Positions 12,701 through 23,455 of a DNA stretch of 64,000 nucleotides are shown piece by piece. Origin of the DNA: Rebecca billardiae RCC1528. Lineage: Eukaryota > Protista > Haptophyta. The notes beneath the pieces were generated by a model, which was not told the DNA's origin, made no database searches, and was given only the letters and a program-made list of their open reading frames with translations. The position numbers were made by a program, and so were the translations under genes. Where the stretch lies: the NCBI GenBank assembly GCA_965240325.2, contig OZ251224.1, positions 4,030,001 to 4,094,000 on the forward strand, in the 5' to 3' direction. How positions within the stretch are numbered: position 1 is the stretch's first letter; each line of letters starts with the position of its first letter.

Positions 12701-13293
12701 GCGTGCGCGTCGAGGCGCATGACGGGCTTTGCCGTGCACGTCGTGCCCGTGCTCGCGGCTCATGCACGCCTCACGACCGAGATGCATGTCTTGCGCGCCC
12801 TCCTTTGGCTCGCACTGCGGTCTCCTCGCCGACAGCCTTGTGATCACGCGCGCCGCCATTTCAACCGGTTGCTGGCCTGCCAGCTGTCGAGCGTGTGTGT
12901 GCGGTCTGATCGATGTCGGCATGGCTGCCGGCGAAGCAGTGATATTGAGTACACCCATGCCCATCTCGCAGAAGCGAAAAAGCCGACCTTTGAATGTCCC
13001 AGGGGCGCACGCGTGCCCATCACGCTCGTCGGACAGGCCTTCTCCAGAACAGCGCTTGCCATCCGGCAGGTCTCTGCGCGCGGAGAGGGACGCGAGGGCG
13101 TCAGCGAGGCGGCACGATTGCTGCCTACGGGTCTTCTAGCCCCCACAAAGTGCCCGCGCACGGCTGTCACGCCCGCATGCGGCCTTGGGAGCGCTGCGCA
13201 GGCGGGCCCTCGCGTCGCCCAGTGCTCGCCATCCCGTTTTGGGGGGCTTGGTTTGCAAGCCTGGGGTGGGTTTTGGGTTTGGGCTGGCAAATC

Positions 13294-14489
13294 CAGGGAC
13301 CGTCGCTCGCACTTTCCGCGGCTGCGAGTAGAGTGAACTCGCACTCGCACTTTTGAGGGGACTTTGCGAGTGCACTGCGAGTTGAACTCGCAGGCCACTG
13401 GGCGGAATGGGCGGCTGCGAGTGCGAGTGCGAGTAAAGTGCGAGTCCCAACTCGCAAAGTGCGAGTCCCAACTCGCAAAGTGCGAGTCCCAACTGGCAAC
13501 GTGTCCGGGGGCGCAGCCCCCGGACACGCCCAGCGGGGGGTCCGGGGGGCCTCCCCCGGGGCCCCGCCGGCCTGAGGCGATGAAAATTTTTGGCCCTATT
13601 TGGCCCTATTAGAGCATGCCTTACACCCGACCCGCCGCCCTGACCACCCTGCCACCGCGCCTGCGTCGCCAGCTGTTTGTCGGCGCGCGACACCTTCTTG
13701 AAGCCCGCAGCGAGGAGGCCCGATTGCTTGAGCTGCTTCTCGACGGGCATACTCACCGACATGCCCACCTGCTGCATGGTCCGCTTCGCCCCCAGCGCTG
13801 CCTCGTCCGCCTTGATGGAGGCCTTCTTGCTGTACTCGGTCAGCGGGTGCATCGTCTTCAGGTGGTTGCCCGCGTTTGTGATCGTGAAGACCGACTTGCC
13901 CCCCTTCGAGCGCACCTTGTCGAGGGGGAGCGTGAAGCGCTGGCCGCATCCCGGCATGACGCACACGTGCGTGTACAGCTTCGGGTTGCTCGACTGACTG
14001 CCCACCTGAACGTACGAGAAGTCGGTCGGCGCCGCTTGCGAGATGGGGTGGACGTGCGTCCACAAGAGCGAGACACCTTTGCCGTTGGGGGGCAGATCGA
14101 GCCAGGCCGGGTCGATCACCCCGCGCTGGTTCGACAGCGACCAGACGGTGATCTCGGCAGCCGGCGCCGACGCAGGCGCCGAAGCGACCGGCGCCGCCGA
14201 TGAGCTCGCCATTTGCCGCCCTGGGCGGGGGCAGCGAGGCTTTGACGCTTTGTGACTCGCCTGCCGTGCAGGCGGTCACGAGGCCGCCCAGGGACTCGCA
14301 CTTCTGCTCGCGCCAACTCGCATACTCGCGCTAGACCGCACCTTGCGAGTACCTTTGCGAGTTGACTCGCAAGCCCGCTGGGCCGGATCGGCGCCTTGCG
14401 AGCGCGAGTGCGAGTGCCCTGCTCGCACTCGCGCTCGCGCCCTGCTCGCACTCGCACCGCGAGTGCCTCGCTGCGAGCACCAGCCCCTG
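13294..14489 (-). mobile_element. Non-autonomous hAT DNA transposon, copy 1 (1196 bp), with BED-finger transposase N-terminal remnant (ATG 14212)
   Basis: Ends CAGGG...CCCTG with imperfect TIR (CAGGGACCGTCGCTCGCA / CAGGGGCTGGTGCTCGCA). 8-bp TSD GGCAAATC at 13286-13293 and 14490-14497. Dense TGCGAG/CTCGCA subterminal motifs. ORF with W...CVMPGC...NAGNHLKTMHP. Confidence 0.92.
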
Positions 14490-14844
14490 GGCAAATCCCG
14501 AGGTCTGGACCGGTTGGTGGATTGGCAGCATTGTCGGCCGCCGCGCGACAGTACTTTTTAAAAATAACGATTTATTATTTCAATAAATAACCTACTTTAT
14601 TACTTAGCCAGCAGGTACTGTGTGACGTATCGAAATATCATGTCGCAGATTATTACGACAGCCGCCTTATAATCGTCGATCGCAGCACCTCATATCCCGC
14701 GCACCCACGATGCCCGCCACGGCCACGCCCGCCCACCGGCCCACGGGCACGGTGCGCGTGATTCGGTGACGGGACTTGCCGACTAGTGCCCGTGCCGTTA
14801 TTCTGAACAAGTACCTCAGGCGATGCAAATGCGCGCCGGCGCAC

Positions 14845-16300
14845 TCAGCTGCCGCCACCGCCGCTGTCATTGCCACGCCGCGCGCTGCCGCTTTCGCCGC
14901 CACCGGCCGCTGGTCTCCCCGAGAGCGGCGCAGCGCCCTCACCGGTGCGCGCGTCGACGGGGTCGGCAGGCGTGTCGCCGAGCGGCCGGCGCGCGTGCGC
15001 GGAGGCCGCGCTGCCCGGCGCCTCGTCCGCGCGGCCGCCGCGGGCGTCGGCGTCGCCCGCGTCCTTCGCGGCCTGCGCGTTGAACAGGTTGATGGGCGGG
15101 TCCCACACCGACAGCCCGATCCCGCCCGCGAGAATCCCCACGATGATCCCGAGCGAGGTCGTGATCGAGACCTCGACGCCGTAGTACTCGCCGATCATCT
15201 TGCTGCCCACAAAGCCAAGCACGAGCGCAACCGCCGGCTGGGGGGCGCAGCGCGCAGCGGAGGAGGGGGCAGGCGAGCGGAGGGCGGGGGCGTGAGCGGG
15301 CGTGCGCGGCGCGCGGCGGCGCGCGGCGCGGCGCGCGGCGCGCGCGTGCCTGCAGGTAGTCGAAGTCCGCCACCAGCCTGGAGAGGATGCGGTAGAGCGC
15401 GCGCAGCCCAAGGATGGCAAACACGTTGGACGAGAAGGCGATCAGCGGCACGTCCGTCACGCCCAGCACGGCGGGCACCGAGTCGACGGCGAAGATGACG
15501 TCGGAGACCTCGATGCACGCAAGCGCGACGAGCAGCGGCGTCGCGAGCCACTGCACGCCCGCCCCCTCCACCCCGTCCGCCGGCGGCGGCGCCTCCACCC
15601 AGAAGCGGTCGCCACACATCTCGTCCGTGGTCGGCAGCAGCCGCTTGCACAGGTTGACGACCGGGTTGTTGGTGAGGTCGGGCTCCTCGGGCTCGCTGAA
15701 GGACTCGGCGATGATCGAGAAGGAGGAGAGCAGCAGGATGCCCGCGAAGACCAGCAGCACCGGCCGGAACGCGTGCACCGCCTCCACGCCGAGCGAGATC
15801 ATGACGAGACGGAAGATGGCGGCCGCGGCGATGCCCCAGCGGAGGCACTTGCTCTGCGCATCGCCCACGACGCCGAAGTAGTCGAAGATGAGCTTGAAGA
15901 CGAAGAGGTTGTCTACCGAGAGGCTCTCCTCTATTACGTACCCGGCGAAGTACTGCGCCGCGTCCTCCTCGCCGCGCATCACCCAGATGCCTGCGCCAAA
16001 CGCCACCGCGAGCGCGACGATGATGAGCGTCTGCGTGATGGCCTCGCGGTAGCCCGCAGCGTCCTCGCCGTCGCCGGTGATCTCGGCGATCACCTCCTCA
16101 ACCTCGATCTCGTCATCATCCGCCGCAGCCAGCCGCAAGACGGCCCTGGGAGCCACCGGCAGGCGGCGCGCGCGCGCTGGCAGCGCCGAGGCGCGCACGA
16201 GCGCGCTGCTGTGGCAGAGCCCGCGAGGGTGCGCGACGGCCGTGCCGCGCGCGGCGAGCGCCAGCACGGCGAGAGCCGCGTGTACCGCCCCGGGCCGCAT
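14845..16300 (-). CDS. TERC: TerC family membrane protein, likely plastid-targeted; GC-AG intron 15238-15349
   Basis: YFAGYVIEESLSVDNLFVF and EVSDVIFAVDSVPAVLGVT...SNVFAILGLRALY motifs. Bipartite signal/transit-like N-terminus. Exon 2 continues PAVALVLGFVGSKM. Confidence 0.92.
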
Positions 16301-16523
16301 CCCGCGCGCGGCGCGCGGCGGCGCTCCTGGCGAAGAGCGCCGCCTGCTCGCGGCGAACAGCCTCGTGGCGGGCCGCCGGCACTTGCACAAGGCTGTGGGC
16401 GCGGAGCCGCAAGCGCCGCGGCTGCTTCATCAACGCACAGCAAGCGGTGTCGGCAGAAAATGCTGATACGCTGACGACGCGAAGAATTTGAAATTCGTCC
16501 GCAGCGCGGAGCGGGGAAAATAC

Positions 16524-17699
16524 CAGGGACCGTCGCTCGCACTTTCCGCGGCTGCGAGTAGAGTGAACTCGCACTCGCACTTTTGAGGGGACTTTGCGAG
16601 TGCACTGCGAGTTGAACTCGCAGGCCCACTGGGCGGAATGGGCGGCTGCGAGTGCGAGTGCGAGTAAAGTGCGAGTCCCAACTCGCAAAGTGCGAGTCCC
16701 AACTGGCAACGTGTCCGGGGGCGCAGCCCCCGGACACGCCCAGCGGGGGGTCCGGGGGGCCTCCCCCGGGGCCCCGCCGGCCTGAGGCGATGAAATTTTT
16801 TGGCCCTATTTGGCCCTATTAGAGCATGCCTTACACCCGACCCGCCGCCCTGACCACCCTGCCACCGCGCCTGCGTCGCCAGCTGTTTGTCGGCGCGCGA
16901 CACCTTCTTGAAGCCCGCAGCGAGGAGGCCCGATTGCTTGAGCTGCTTCTCGACGGGCATACTCACCGACATGCCCACCTGCTGCATGGTCCGCTTCGCC
17001 CCCAGCGCTGCCTCGTCCGCCTTGATGGAGGCCTTCTTGCTGTACTCGGTCAGCGGGTGCATCGTCTTCAGGTGGTTGCCCGCGTTTGTGATCGTGAAGA
17101 CCGACTTGCCCCCCTTCGAGCGCACCTTGTCGAGGGGGAGCGTGAAGCGCTGGCCGCATCCCGGCATGACGCACACGTGCGTGTACAGCTTCGGGTTGCT
17201 CGACTGACTGCCCACCTGAACGTACGAGAAGTCGGTCGGCGCCGCTTGCGAGATGGGGTGGACGTGCGTCCACAAGAGCGAGACACCTTTGCCGTTGGGG
17301 GGCAGATCGAGCCAGGCCGGGTCGATCACCCCGCGCTGGTTCGACAGCGACCAGACGGTGATCTCGGCAGCCGGCGCCGACGCAGGCGCCGAAGCGACCG
17401 GCGCCGCCGATGAGCTCGCCATTTGCCGCCCTGGGCGGGGGCAGCGAGGCTTTGACGCTTTGTGACTCGCCTGCCGTGCAGGCGGTCACGAGGCCGCCCA
17501 GGGACTCGCACTTCTGCTCGCGCCAACTCGCATACTCGCGCTAGACCGCACCTTGCGAGTACCTTTGCGAGTTGACTCGCAAGCCCGCTGGGCCGGATCG
17601 GCGCCTTGCGAGCGCGAGTGCGAGTGCCCTGCTCGCACTCGCGCTCGCGCCCTGCTCGCACTCGCACCGCGAGTGCCTCGCTGCGAGCACCAGCCCCTG
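16524..17699 (-). mobile_element. Non-autonomous hAT DNA transposon, copy 2 (1176 bp)
   Basis: Near-identical to 13294-14489. It has its own 8-bp TSD, GAAAATAC, at 16516-16523 and 17700-17707. Confidence 0.92.
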
Positions 17700-17796
17700 G
17701 AAAATACGATCGAGCGGGCAGTTTTCCGGTTTATCGCGGCAACTTCCTGACGACGACGGCGCGCGCGTCGCTCATCATTTCGACTGGCCGGCGCTC

Positions 17797-20700
17797 ATGG
17801 CCGTGTGCGCCGCGCTCATGCTGACCATGTCGGTAGCGCGCGCGGCTCGAAGCGGGCTTCCGACGGCGTCGCCGGCGACGCGTCGACTCGCAACCGTCTC
17901 ACGCGCGCGTCCCCTCGCCAACAGCGCCGCCGACGGTACGGGCGGCCTGACGAGGCGCTGCACGATCGCTCGGCTCACGGCGCTCGCGGGCACCGCGCTG
18001 CCGCCGTGGGCGGCGGTGCCCTCCGCCGCGAGCGCGGCGTCGCTGGCGGCGGCGGGTGCCAAGCCACTCGTCTTCACACCGCGCTCCGCGCCGCTCGACG
18101 AGCGGCAGTACCGCGCGCTCGTCTTCCCGAGCGGGCTGCGCGCTCTGCTAGTCTCAGACATGACCGCCGAGCGCGCGGGCGCTGCGCTCTCGGTGCGCGC
18201 GGGCTCGTTCGACGAGCCGTCGACGGTGCCCGGGCTGGCGCACTTCTGCGAGCACATGCTCTTCCTCGGCACCACCGAGTTCCCCGAGGAGGGCGACTTC
18301 GACGCGTACGTGTCCGCGGCGGCGGGCTCGAACAACGCGTTCACCGCCTCCGAGGAGACCGCCTACTTCTTCGAGGTGGACGGGGCGAAGCTCGCGCCGA
18401 GCTTCGAGCGCTTCTCGAGCTTCTTCGCCGCGCCGCCCGACGGCCCGCTCTTCACGCCCTCCGCCACCGAGCGCGAGCTCTCCGCCATCGAGGCCGAGTT
18501 CCAGAAGAACTTGCAGAGCGACGCGTGGCGCGAGCTCGGGCTGCTTCGCACGACGAGCGCGGCTTTGACGGCGGGGCTCGGGCCGGGGGGCGGGCCGCAC
18601 CCGTTCGCGAGGTTCTCGGCGGGGAACCGGCGCACGCTGGTGGAGGAGCCCGCAGCGCGGGGCATCGACGTGCGCGCCGAGCTGCTCCGCTACCACGCCG
18701 CCAAGTGCGCGCCGCGCGCGCCGCGCGCGCGGAGCCGGCGCGCCTCCGCGCGCGGCTGAGCGGCGGCGCCCGGCGCGCGGCCCGCGCAGCGCCCACCCCG
18801 ATCGCTCGGCCGCCCCTGAGCGCGCGCCGCGATCCCTCCCGCCCGCCCTCGCCCCCGCGCACGACCGATCCCTCGACCAAACCACTCAACCGATCGATGC
18901 CGCGCCTGCGCTCGTGCGCGCGCGCGCCGCGCCCTCCGCAGGTACACGGCCGATCGCATGTCCGCGGTGCTGGCGGGGCCACTGAGCCTGGACCGGCTGC
19001 AGCAGCTGGCCACGCGCCGACTGAGCGCCGCGCCACTCGCGCCGGGCGAGGTGGGCGCGGCGGCGAGCGGCGCACCCGTGCCTCGAGCGCTCGGCTGGGG
19101 CGACGCGGGCGGCCCAGGGGATGCGCCCCTCGGCGGCGCAGCAGGCGGCGCAGTGCTCGGTCCCTTTGGCCCCATCGTCGACGCCGGCGCGTGCGGCGCG
19201 GGCCGCCGCGCCGCGCCGCGCCGCGCGCCACTGCCGGGGTACTACGTGTCGCCCGTGGCGGAGTCGACGCAGTCACTCTCGCTCACGTGGGCCGTGCCGC
19301 TGCCCGCCGACGGCTCGCTCAAGCCCGAGCTGCTGCTGCAGAGGCTCGTCGGGCGCGCGGAGGCGGGCGGGCTGCTGAGCGCCCTGCGCGCGCGCGGCCT
19401 CGCATCGTCGGTGGGCGCGGGGCTGGTCGAGGGGTTCGGCCGGACGGGGCTGTGCCAGCTGAGCGCGCAGCTGACGGAGGCGGGCGTGTCGCGCTGGGAG
19501 GAGGCGGCGGCGCTGTGCCACGCCTACCTGGGCTGGGCGAACGGCCTGGGCGCGGCTGCCTTCCGCGACCTCAGCGCCGACACCGTCGCCATCGCGCAGC
19601 TCGCCTTCCGCTTTGCCGAGCCGCAGGAGCCGTCAGACTTGGCGGAGGCGCTGTGCGGGGAGCTGTCCGAGTACTCGCCGGAGGAGTGGGTGGCGGGGCC
19701 GAGCACGGTGGGCGGCGGGGCGGAGGCGGAGGCGGCGTTCGGCGCGCTGCTGTGCGCGCTCGACGAGCCAGAGGCCGCCGTCACCATCGTCACTGCCAAG
19801 AAGTTCGCTCGAGTCGCGACCTCGGTCGCTTCGGAGTACGCAGCGCGGTACGCGCCTGTCGAGGCGCGCACGCTGCGCGCGGCGCGCGCGCGCGCTCGGT
19901 CGCTCGTCGCGGGCGCGGGCTTCAGCGCGCCGAGGCCGAACGCGTTCCTGCCCGCGCCGGAGGAGCTCACGCTGCGCGAGGCGCGCGCGCCGCCGGCCAC
20001 GCCCCTCTCCGCCTCCCTCTCGCCGATTGGTGCGCGCGCGCCGCGCGGCTCGGAGCCCGCCTCGCCCCTGCTTGCGCTCGACGCGGCTGGGTGGCGGCTG
20101 CACCACGCGCCGCTGCCGGCGCTGCGACGGCCGGTGGCCGTGCTCCGCGCCAAGCTGGCGACGCGCGCGGTGCGCGAGCGAGGCGTCGACGGTGCGGTCG
20201 CGCTGCGCCTGTGGATGGCCCTGGTGCGCGAAGGTGCGCGCGCGCGCGCCGCCGCCAGTCTCGCGCCGCGCGCCGCGCGCGCGCCCGCGCGCGGCGCGCC
20301 CGCCGGCTGAGCGGCGGCGCTCACGCGTGCGCGCGCGCGCGCACGCGGCCGCCCCGCCGCGCGCGCGCGCAGCGCTCGAGCCCGAGCTCGCGCCGGCGGT
20401 GGCTGCCGGCTTCGGCTGGGAGCTCGGCGGCCTGGACGAGGGCGTGGCACTGGCGGTGCGCGGATGGGGCGCGGGCGGCGGCGCGTTTGTCAAGGTGCTC
20501 GACACACTCGTGGCCGCGCTCGGCGCGGACGTGGGCGGCGGCGGCGGCGCGGGGGTGGATGCGGCGAGGCCGGCTGGGCTCGAGCTGCGCTGGACGGGCC
20601 CTGGCGGCGCGCGCGGCGCGTTCGAGCGCTCGCGCGAGCAGCTCGCGCGCGAGGTGGCCGCCCTCGGCGCGCAGCCGCCGCTGCAGCGCGCGCTGAGCAG

Positions 20701-21718
20701 CCTGCGGCTGCTGCTGGACCCGCGCGGCTACACCGTGGCGCAGCTCGAGGCGGCAGTGCGCGGCGCGAGCTTCGAAGGCGCGCTCGAGCTCGCACGGGAC
20801 GTGCGCGCCGGCCCTGTGTACGCGGAGGCTCTGATCGCGGGCAACGCGGACGCCGCCGACGCCGCGCGCGCCGCGCGCGCGCTGCGCGCGGGCGCGCTCG
20901 GCACGGGAGGCGCCCTGCCGCGCGCGGACGTGCCTCGGCGCGATGTGTCCGTCCTGCCGCTGGCGCCGAGCACGCCGGGCGGCGCGGGGCTGACGCTGCG
21001 CGTGACCGCGCCCAACGCCGCCGAGACGAACGGCGCGGCGCACGTGTACTGGCAGCTCGGCGCGCGCCGGAGGCTCGACACGGCCGCGCCCGACGCGCCC
21101 GACGGCGCCGCGCGCACGCGCCCCTCCGAGCGCTTCGCCTGCCTCGAGCTGCTCGCCCAGCTGCTCGAGCCGAGCGCGTACGCGACGCTGCGCACGCGCG
21201 AGCAGCTCGGGTACGTGGTCAGCGCGGGCGCGTCGGACACGGACGGCGCGAGCGGGCTGTACGTGCTCGTGCAGTCCGCAACGACGCCTCCGGACGAGGT
21301 GGCCGCGCGCATCGACGCGTTCGTCGGCGCGTTCGGCGAGCAGCTCGCGCGCACGAGCGCGCAGCAGTTCGAGTCGGCGCGCGCGTCGCTCGTCGCCGCC
21401 AAGCGCGAGCGCGCGCGCCGGCTCGGGCAGCAGGCGGCGCGGTACTGGGCCGAGGTAGCGCGCGGCGAGTACGCCTTTGCGCGCGCGCAGGAGGAGGCCG
21501 AGCTACTCGCGCGCGTGAGTCTGCAGGACGTGCGCGCGCTGTACGAGGAGCGCGTGCGCACGGGCGGCGCGCGCGTGCGCCGCGTGACCACGCTCGTCTT
21601 CCCGCAGAACGGGCCAGCGGCCGCGGCGGAGCGCGGCGCGGACACGGACATCGTCGCCCTGCGCGAGCAGCTCGCGAGCTTTGGGCGGCCGCGCCTCGAC
21701 GACGCGCTCGACGCGTGA
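17797..21718 (+). CDS. M16 family (insulysin/pitrilysin-like) zinc metallopeptidase; introns 18705-18941 and 20234-20372
   Basis: PGLAHFCEHMLFLGT (HxxEH), NAFT...T.YFF and LRTREQLGYVV. GT..AG introns restore the frame. The N-terminus looks like a targeting peptide. Confidence 0.92.
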
Positions 21719-22237
21719 CTCGCCTGCTCCCGTGGTCGTGGATGAGGCCGGCGCCGGCCGCGGCCGTGGCAGACGACCCGCGCCTGCCGGGCTGCCGGCT
21801 GTCCCGAGTGTGGCCCGCTCCGAGACAGACGGGAGCCAGCTCTGACTCTCCGAGGACTGAGAATGTAGTATTGTAGGTACCGAGTATTATAATAATATTT
21901 TATTATAATTATTTAATATTATATATATATATTGTACGGCGGTCAGTTACACTCAGTCTCACAGCAGTAGTCACAGTCTGAGGCTGAGCGCGTCGCGGCG
22001 CACGGCCTAACTAATAACCTGCTGTTCCGGGAAGGCGCGGACGCATTCTAAAGTACGCGTATATAGCTATGAGGATGATGATGCATGTGACAGTAGACTG
22101 TCAGTAGCTAGTCGTATATATGTGTCTGCTGCACTAGCTAACTCTAAGCCTGACGCCTGTAGGCCGTTGGGGCGGGCGTTGCATAATACTGCAGTAGTAA
22201 CTACTACCATCACATAGTCGTTAAACTAATAACGACT

Positions 22238-23260
22238 ACGGGCTTCGGGTGATCAGAGAGCGGCCCACAATCCACATCAGCAGAATAATAAGGGGTTGGA
22301 GGCACGGGCGGTCCACGCGCTCGCCCAGTGCGGGGAGGGTTGGACACCGCCGGTGTCCAACCCTGGCAAGCCCTCACACCGCCATCATAAAGTCGGTCGT
22401 CGTCATCACCGCCAGCATGTCAGCATATGTATTTTGGCGAAACGGAGCACGACATGGTTGGGGGCTGGCCAGGGTAGGGCTGGAGACTTCGGCCACCAGT
22501 CTGATCACCCGGAGCCCGTTATAAAGGGGAATTTATTACGACGAATCAGGCTGCCCGAGTTTTGCTTATCATTGATGCGATAACGACCGCAGGCTCATAC
22601 CAGCTGACTAATCCGCAGCCGGACTGCCAGAGGCCGCAGACGTCCTGAGCCATGCTTCGCACCAGCCGGATCGCTGGCCACAGGAAGCCAGGATCCTCCA
22701 AGGCCAGGCCCAGGCGGCGGCCAGGCGCGAGGACACCGCGCACCTTCGCCTGTGCCGATCGAACCCGGGAGCGACGCACCCGCGCGCACGGGCCGCGGCG
22801 CGTCGGGGACGGGCGGCTCCAGTCGCTGCTGCCAGCCTGCCACGCGCCAATACGGCAGTGGATGGCAGAGCGGCTTGGACTTGGTGCCGCCCGAAGACCC
22901 ATCTCTCTTATCCCAAGGAGCACTCGTACCCAGATAAGACAGGGGTCCAGAGTGGCTTGTTGGAAACCATATCATCATAATCTAGTCCACTACACAGTGG
23001 ACGACAGTGATCGTTGGCAGGGCGGAGCTCTGGCCAGGCTGACGGATTAGTGAGTGCACGCGTTAAAAAGTAGCGCGCAGTAACATCTGCCTTGGTCGAG
23101 TCTTTCGAGAAGGGGCGTTGGTTGCGGTAAGTATCGAGGAAAAGGGGCAGTACAGAGGTTGGGTGAGGGTGGTGGTTGGTTGGGGGCTGGCCAGGGTAGG
23201 GCTGGAGGCTTCGGCCGCCAGTCTGATCACCCGGAGCCCGTTATAAAGGGGAATTTATTA
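22238..23260 (+). mobile_element. Helentron/HINE-like non-autonomous element with duplicated 3' end
   Basis: 20-bp inverted repeat ACGGGCTYCGGGTGATCAGA (22238-22257 vs 22500-22519), followed by a short ATAAA-GGGGAA-TTTAT hairpin. The 84-bp 3' block is repeated at 23177-23260 with 2 mismatches. Confidence 0.45.
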
Positions 23261-23455
23261 GTATGCACAGTAGAAGCAATCTCGTCAAAACGCATCCATG
23301 GACTGGAGAAAATACCGCCTTACCTGCGGGCAAGGGCCGGGTGGCCGCGTAATATGATACTGCGGGTGCATGTGTGTAACCACCTCACCACTCGACGCGC
23401 CTTGCCAGTGGTACGGCCGCCACAAGGCGCCCTCACCGCGGCTTCCGTGGGCGGC

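Noticed and set aside
17805-20696. Long Arg/Ala/Pro-rich ORFs in alternative frames (also 31016-34000, 49257-51485, 49816-51978, 32214-34148)
   Set aside because: These are shadow ORFs caused by very high GC and few stop codons. They overlap well-supported genes or repeats.
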